Below the pieces are notes generated by a model. It was not told the DNA's origin. It made no database searches and worked only from the letters and a program-made list of their open reading frames with translations. The position numbers were made by a program, and so were the translations under genes. This document shows positions 59,641 to 64,000 of a DNA stretch of 64,000 bases, in pieces. The stretch is taken from sequence record PQ287320.1; one strand, 5' to 3'. How positions within the stretch are numbered: the first letter of the stretch is position 1; the number at the start of each line of letters is the position of its first letter.

Positions 59641-59667
59641 CGGGGGTGGGTCTCCAGAACCTACGAG

Positions 59668-59698
59668 AAAGGCCCCAGGAGCGATCCTGGGGCCTTTT
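59668..59698. terminator. Bidirectional intrinsic terminator
   Basis: aaaggccccagga-GCGA-tcctggggcctttt. Confidence 0.85.
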
Positions 59699-59708
59699 GA
59701 GTGAGCGC

Positions 59709-60026
59709 CTAGAGCCAGACGACCTGGGGAGGTTTCCCCTTCTTCCTGACGATCCTGACGAGCCCCTCGTCGACGAGCTTGCCGTACATTCTGTCGAGGG
59801 AGGCGGTCTTGCCCCGGCCCTTCTCCCCGGCCTGGGCCGCGCGGCGGGCCTTGCGGGACAGAGGCTCGCCAGTCTCCGAGGTCCCGACGATGGAGCGAAG
59901 CTCCTCGCCCGAGAGCTTGTCGCTGACCAGCATCTGGCTGGCCATCTCGGGGCCGGCCTTCTCTTCCAGGAGCCGCCGCATCTCCGCCTCGTCCGGGGTC
60001 TCCCGGATGTCGATCGGCTCGGACAT
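59709..60026 (-). CDS. Hypothetical protein
   Basis: ATG 60026 (GTGATG overlap); 105 aa. Confidence 0.55.
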   Translation of the reverse strand: MSEPIDIRETPDEAEMRRLLEEKAGPEMASQMLVSDKLSGEELRSIVGTSETGEPLSRKARRAAQAGEKGRGKTASLDRMYGKLVDEGLVRIVRKKGKPPQVVWL

Positions 60027-60250
60027 CACTTCTTGTCCCGGCTCGCGGCCATGGCGATGGCGCCGCCGAAGATGCCGAGCAGGAGCAGGAGCTTGATCAC
60101 GAAGACCACCGCCCAGATGTAGAACGGGATCAGGACAGCGGCCCAGCCGGCGGTGACCACGCCCACCAGCTTGAGGACGACGGCGATAGCGCCGAGGAGC
60201 AGCAGGACCCCGCTCAGGGTGATCTTGCTGGCGGATTTGGTGTCGGACAT
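60026..60250 (-). CDS. Small membrane protein
   Basis: Two hydrophobic segments (LLLLGAIAVVLKLVGVV..W..V.IPFYIW). Confidence 0.65.
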   Translation of the reverse strand: MSDTKSASKITLSGVLLLLGAIAVVLKLVGVVTAGWAAVLIPFYIWAVVFVIKLLLLLGIFGGAIAMAASRDKK

Positions 60251-60342
60251 CAGGGTCTCCAAAATGGGGATGTCGTGCATCATGACACACCCCCGCCAAG
60301 ACGTAAAGTGTTGACAGACGACACCCGGACTGGGTATGACCC

Positions 60343-60966
60343 ATGCTGTACGGTAAGGAAACCCGGATGATCGACGATGATTCGGACTGGGACGACGGCG
60401 AACTTAACGCGCCGCGCGCCCCGATCACGACGAAGGACTTGAACGATGTCGCCCAAGGCGTCGCCGGCGGAAGGCTGGCGGCCATGCGGGCGGCGGGCGA
60501 GGAGCATCGTCGTGAGTTTCTGATGCTGCGGGGGCCGCTGGGCGTTGTCCGGCTGTCGCTCGCGCATACCCCGGTCCTGCATGCGCTCTGGCGCGTCTGG
60601 TCCCGAAAGCGCCTGGAGCGAGTCGAGGACCCTGGCGCCAGTCTTGCAGAGATCGGCCAGGAGATGGGGCAGGAGGCCGAAGCGGTTCGCGCCGTGATCG
60701 CCAGCCTGCTCAAGAACCAGCTTGTCCGCTCGCGTCGCAGTCACGTGGGCTGGCAGGGCAACCGAGCGACCTATTATCCGTCGGAGATCGCCGTCCAGGC
60801 CCTGGCCTTGGCGGAGGTCCTCGGTCCGGGCCATGCGGTTCAGGTGGGGCGAAACGCCTCGGCCTGGGCCAATCGCAGCCAGACCGAACCCGGCACCCTG
60901 TTCCAACACGCCGCCCTGTTGCGCGGCGGGGCTCAACCTCGGGCCTTCGACACGGAGTATTCATGA
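60343..60966 (+). CDS. Hypothetical protein, possible winged helix
   Basis: Downstream of TTGACA (60311)..TATGAC and the operator copy at 60271-60287; SLAEIGQEMG..VRAVIASLLKNQLV. Confidence 0.6.
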   Translation: MLYGKETRMIDDDSDWDDGELNAPRAPITTKDLNDVAQGVAGGRLAAMRAAGEEHRREFLMLRGPLGVVRLSLAHTPVLHALWRVWSRKRLERVEDPGASLAEIGQEMGQEAEAVRAVIASLLKNQLVRSRRSHVGWQGNRATYYPSEIAVQALALAEVLGPGHAVQVGRNASAWANRSQTEPGTLFQHAALLRGGAQPRAFDTEYS

Positions 60967-60967
60967 G

Positions 60968-61384
60968 ATGCCGAAAGCCAAGGAAGGACCCGCCACCCGG
61001 ACCGCCACCCCTGGGGCTCCGGGAGAGCCGCAGTCTGGAGGTCCTCAAGGCGCGGCTCCCGAGGGCGCGGTACTTCTGAGCAAGGAAGCGATCGGCGAGA
61101 TCGGCGAGGCGATCGGGGGGCGTACCCACTGGCAGGCCTCCGCCGCCCGCCGCGTCGGGGTCTCCAAGTCCCAGATGACCCGTTACCTGAACGGGGATCG
61201 CACGCCCAACACCGCCCTGGCCGACGCCTTCCATGACCTGATGCTCGACAACATCGCCGAACTCGGCGACCTGATGAGCACACCGGGCCTGCCGCATGCC
61301 GACGAGCCCATCGTCGCCGAAGCCCAGGCCCTGATCAAAAAGGCCGTCTACATGATGCGCTACGGCCATCGCCCCAAGGACTGA
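60968..61384 (+). CDS. HTH (Cro/CI-like) protein
   Basis: WQASAARRVGVSKSQMTRYLNGDRTP. Confidence 0.7.
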   Translation: MPKAKEGPATRTATPGAPGEPQSGGPQGAAPEGAVLLSKEAIGEIGEAIGGRTHWQASAARRVGVSKSQMTRYLNGDRTPNTALADAFHDLMLDNIAELGDLMSTPGLPHADEPIVAEAQALIKKAVYMMRYGHRPKD

Positions 61385-61386
61385 CC

Positions 61387-61856
61387 ATGACCCTGCTGGA
61401 AAAGCTCCAAAACGACGCCCTGGCCGCCCGCAAGGCGGCGATGAAGAAGGAAGAAGGCGGCGAGCACGCCGTGCTGCTGGCGACCGTCGCGGCGGACGCG
61501 GCGATGATCGCCAAGAGCGACCGCGCCAATCCCAGCCGTCCGGTGACCGACGCCGACGTCGTCTCGGCCCTGAAGAAGCACATCGCCGGCATCGACACCA
61601 CCCTGGCGGAGATGATCAAGCGCGACCGCCCGAAGGCGAACTCTCGCGCTACCACGTCGAGCGCCGGCGCCTGGAGGGCTACCTCCCGCAGTTCCTGTCG
61701 GGCGGCCATCTGACCGACGCGATCGCGGTGTCCCTGGAGAAGCTGGGCCTCAAGCGTGAAGCCAAGAGCATCAAGCCGGTGGTCGCCGATCTGCAAGAAA
61801 CCCATCCTGGCCTGATTGATCCGGCCCTGGTTTCGAGCTATCTTCGCAACGTCTGA
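61387..61856 (+). CDS. GatB/YqeY-domain protein; 1-nt break at ~61640
   Basis: LLEKLQNDALAARKA..VLL..V..D..D.DVV..LKK.I..YLPQ.L..MKP pattern; ends TGA 61856. Confidence 0.7.
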
Positions 61857-61883
61857 TCCCAGACGAAATCCCAACCAGAACTC

Positions 61884-61915
61884 AAAAGGCCCGGATCGCT
61901 CCGGGGCCTTTTCTT
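61884..61915. terminator. Bidirectional intrinsic terminator
   Basis: aaaaggcccggatcgctccggggccttttctt. Confidence 0.8.
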
Positions 61916-62232
61916 CAGAAGTGGTGATCGATCCTCAAGGGAACGACCTCGTAGTCTTCGAGCCGCCGGCCGACGTCCTCGCGCGCCAGCTTGAAGGTCC
62001 GGAGGACTGGTCCACTGGCGAGCAGGCTGTTGTTGGCGTCCTTGGCGACGACGATCCGACCCTTGACGTAGTGACGCAGGGCTTTCCAGGCGCCGGCCTC
62101 GGTCGGCCACATCTGGGGCGGCTCCTTCTCGGCCGGCTCGGCGTGGGCGAGGCACATGGAACGCTCCCGCCAACGCTTGGCCTGCGGGAGGTACCAGCCG
62201 GTCTTCTTCTGGCGGATGCCGTAGAAGATCAT
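61915..62232 (-). CDS. Hypothetical protein
   Basis: ATGA-coupled to the ligase stop; MIFYGIRQKKTGWYLP.. Confidence 0.6.
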   Translation of the reverse strand: MIFYGIRQKKTGWYLPQAKRWRERSMCLAHAEPAEKEPPQMWPTEAGAWKALRHYVKGRIVVAKDANNSLLASGPVLRTFKLAREDVGRRLEDYEVVPLRIDHHF

Positions 62233-63284
62233 TGCCGCCCCAGGGAGGCGAAGAGTTCCCGCAGGAGGATGACGCGGGTCTGGTCCATGTCGTCGGGATC
62301 GCGGATGCCCTCGAACACCCCGTGGCGCGGGAGTTCGTAGTCGCCGGCCAGGGCGTAGCTCATCTTGACGAACTGCCCGATCGGCGGGTTCTCGTAGAAC
62401 TCGGCCTTCTGCTTGGCGTTGAGCCCCGAGGCGACTCTGGCGAGCTTGCCCGGCCATTCGGGGAACGCCACCAGGAGGCCGCCGGCGATCCCCTTGGCGA
62501 CCTTGCCGGCCTTGTGGGTCGAGCGCTTGGTGTAGCCGCGCTCGTCGATCGTGGCCGCGTTGGTGTTGGCCTTCTCCTCGTAGACCCCGACGCAGACGCC
62601 CTCCAGGTCGGCCTTGTCCTTGGCCTTGACATAGTAGCCCTCCAGCACCGTCGAGCGGTTGGGCTTGTAGGGGCCGTCGATCGCCGAGAAGATCAGGCCT
62701 TCGTCCTCGTTGGCCAGCGCCTCCAGGTACATCGCCATGGCTTCCTCGGCGTTGTTCAGCAGACGATGCTCCAGGAGGATCGCCCACGGCGGAAGGTCCA
62801 TCTCCAGGCTTCGCAGGGCCGACAGGCGCTCGCCCTTGCCACCCGGCGCCAGGAAGTGGTCGAAGACGTAGAAGCGGATGTCCGGCTCGCCTTCCTGGGT
62901 CATCACCGCCGAGGTCGAGCCCCGGAAGTTCAGCTTGCCGTCGGTGAGGATGCCGATCTCGCCGTCCAGGCCGTGAGGCAGGGTTGACAGGAGCCTGCGG
63001 ACGTGGAGGTTGGGAATGTACTTGAGCGACCGGGTGATCGCGTGCCCGACCATGTCGGCGTGATCGCGCTCGACGACCCAGCCGGCCTCGGTGTGGGTGA
63101 AGGCGTGTTCGATCAGGTCAGGGTGGACCGGCGAGACGGCGGCCCGCACCCCGTCCTTCTTGAACGAGCCGTAGCACGGGAACTGGATGCGGGTGGCGAA
63201 CTCGCTCGGCTTGACCGAGTCGGTGTCGGCCAGGGCGATCCGGAACCGCTTGTAGGGCTTGAACGGCTTGGGCTTCTTGGTCAT
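62229..63284 (-). CDS. ATP-dependent DNA ligase
   Basis: Motif I KKDGVR, LDGEI, FYVFD, EGLI, YVKAK and OB-fold V.SG..ELPRH.VF..IR. Confidence 0.9.
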   Translation of the reverse strand: MTKKPKPFKPYKRFRIALADTDSVKPSEFATRIQFPCYGSFKKDGVRAAVSPVHPDLIEHAFTHTEAGWVVERDHADMVGHAITRSLKYIPNLHVRRLLSTLPHGLDGEIGILTDGKLNFRGSTSAVMTQEGEPDIRFYVFDHFLAPGGKGERLSALRSLEMDLPPWAILLEHRLLNNAEEAMAMYLEALANEDEGLIFSAIDGPYKPNRSTVLEGYYVKAKDKADLEGVCVGVYEEKANTNAATIDERGYTKRSTHKAGKVAKGIAGGLLVAFPEWPGKLARVASGLNAKQKAEFYENPPIGQFVKMSYALAGDYELPRHGVFEGIRDPDDMDQTRVILLRELFASLGRQ

Positions 63285-63733
63285 CGCAGCTTCCCCTCGA
63301 TGAGCTTGAGACCGGGTTGATCCCGATCCATCTGGTGGACGACATAGCGGTCGCCCTCGAACTCCACGCTGTAGACCGTCATGCCGGCCTCTAGGCACTG
63401 CATCCACATGTCCCGCGTCCCCGGCCCGCCGGGGAAGGCCACGCAGACGTCGGCGCGGCTCTCGACCCGCATGCGGGTGTTGCGGTTCTTGGGCGCGTCG
63501 TCGCCCTCGCCATCCAGCGCCGGGTCGACCTTGTAGACCTCGGTCGGAAAGCCCCACTTCTCGGCCCAGGCGCGTGAGAGCTTGTCGTAGCCCTCGGCGT
63601 CGCCGTCGACGAACACCGTCGTCCGGGGCCAGCGCAGCGCCGAGACCAGGGCCGAGAGGACGAGGCGCGGGGCCTGCTCGACGACACCGACCCGGCCGCC
63701 GCAGACCACCGCCTTGAAGACCTCAGGCTTCAT
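63281..63733 (-). CDS. YspA/SLOG-family (DUF2493-like) protein
   Basis: VVCGGR, VDGDAEGYD.L...WA, RN..M and VAFPGG.GT.DM. Confidence 0.8.
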   Translation of the reverse strand: MKPEVFKAVVCGGRVGVVEQAPRLVLSALVSALRWPRTTVFVDGDAEGYDKLSRAWAEKWGFPTEVYKVDPALDGEGDDAPKNRNTRMRVESRADVCVAFPGGPGTRDMWMQCLEAGMTVYSVEFEGDRYVVHQMDRDQPGLKLIEGKLR

Positions 63734-64000
63734 CGAAAATCTCCGGATCGAGGATGTCTTCTTCCATGTCGGTGTAGCCGCTGGTGCTGACCCCGCCGGT
63801 CTTGGAGACGTACTCCATGGCGATCTTGCGGTCGCTCCAGCCGTCATCCAGGTCATAGATGTGGTGGTGTCCGCGCCGCGTGCGCTCCAGGCCCAGCAGG
63901 TCGCCGTAGCGATCATAGCCGCCCTTATCGAGATCGCGCTCCTTGAGCATGGCCCTGAAGGCGTCGTAGCGGCCTTGCTGGATGGTCGCGGCCGTCTGGG
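63723..64000 (-). CDS. Hypothetical protein (5' end outside the window)
   Basis: The open frame continues off the window edge with phage codon bias. Confidence 0.5.
   Translation of the reverse strand, partial: QTAATIQQGRYDAFRAMLKERDLDKGGYDRYGDLLGLERTRRGHHHIYDLDDGWSDRKIAMEYVSKTGGVSTSGYTDMEEDILDPEIFDEA

Overview
This window is a 64-kb internal segment of a high-GC, phiCbK-like (Dolichocephalovirinae-type) Caulobacter giant siphophage, or a close alphaproteobacterial relative. From left to right it contains: (1) a + strand GTA-like tail module with tape measure, distal tail, hub, NlpC/P60, central fibre and two fibres; (2) a lysis cassette; (3) a promoter- and terminator-bounded non-coding RNA candidate; (4) a long - strand nucleotide-metabolism and replication block (XRE regulator, dUTPase, intein-containing RNR, ThyX, dNMP kinase, RecD-like helicase, SSB-like protein, Cas4-like nuclease, DEDDh exonuclease, T7-like DNA polymerase, two DNA methyltransferases, a His-Me endonuclease, T5 A1-like protein); (5) a ~3.5-kb non-coding RNA island at 41.1-44.64 kb; and (6) SNF2 helicase, Ogg-like glycosylase, rIIB/rIIA, tyrosine recombinase, primase-helicase and DNA ligase. 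The RNA island is the most interesting part. It holds a GOLLD-like giant RNA with a tRNA-derived domain built into it, a permuted two-piece tmRNA, tRNA-fMet, two tRNAs (GCA and CAU anticodons) with unexpected long variable arms, and several unassigned structured RNAs that share recurring hairpin modules. A 17-bp pseudo-palindrome (TGTCGTGAATCTTGACA) overlapping -35 boxes occurs more than 10 times across the window. About 20 genes, including essential ones, are broken by apparent single-base deletions in G/C runs. I read these as long-read consensus errors, so gene spans are given across the breaks. Family assignments come from motif recognition only; no searches were run.
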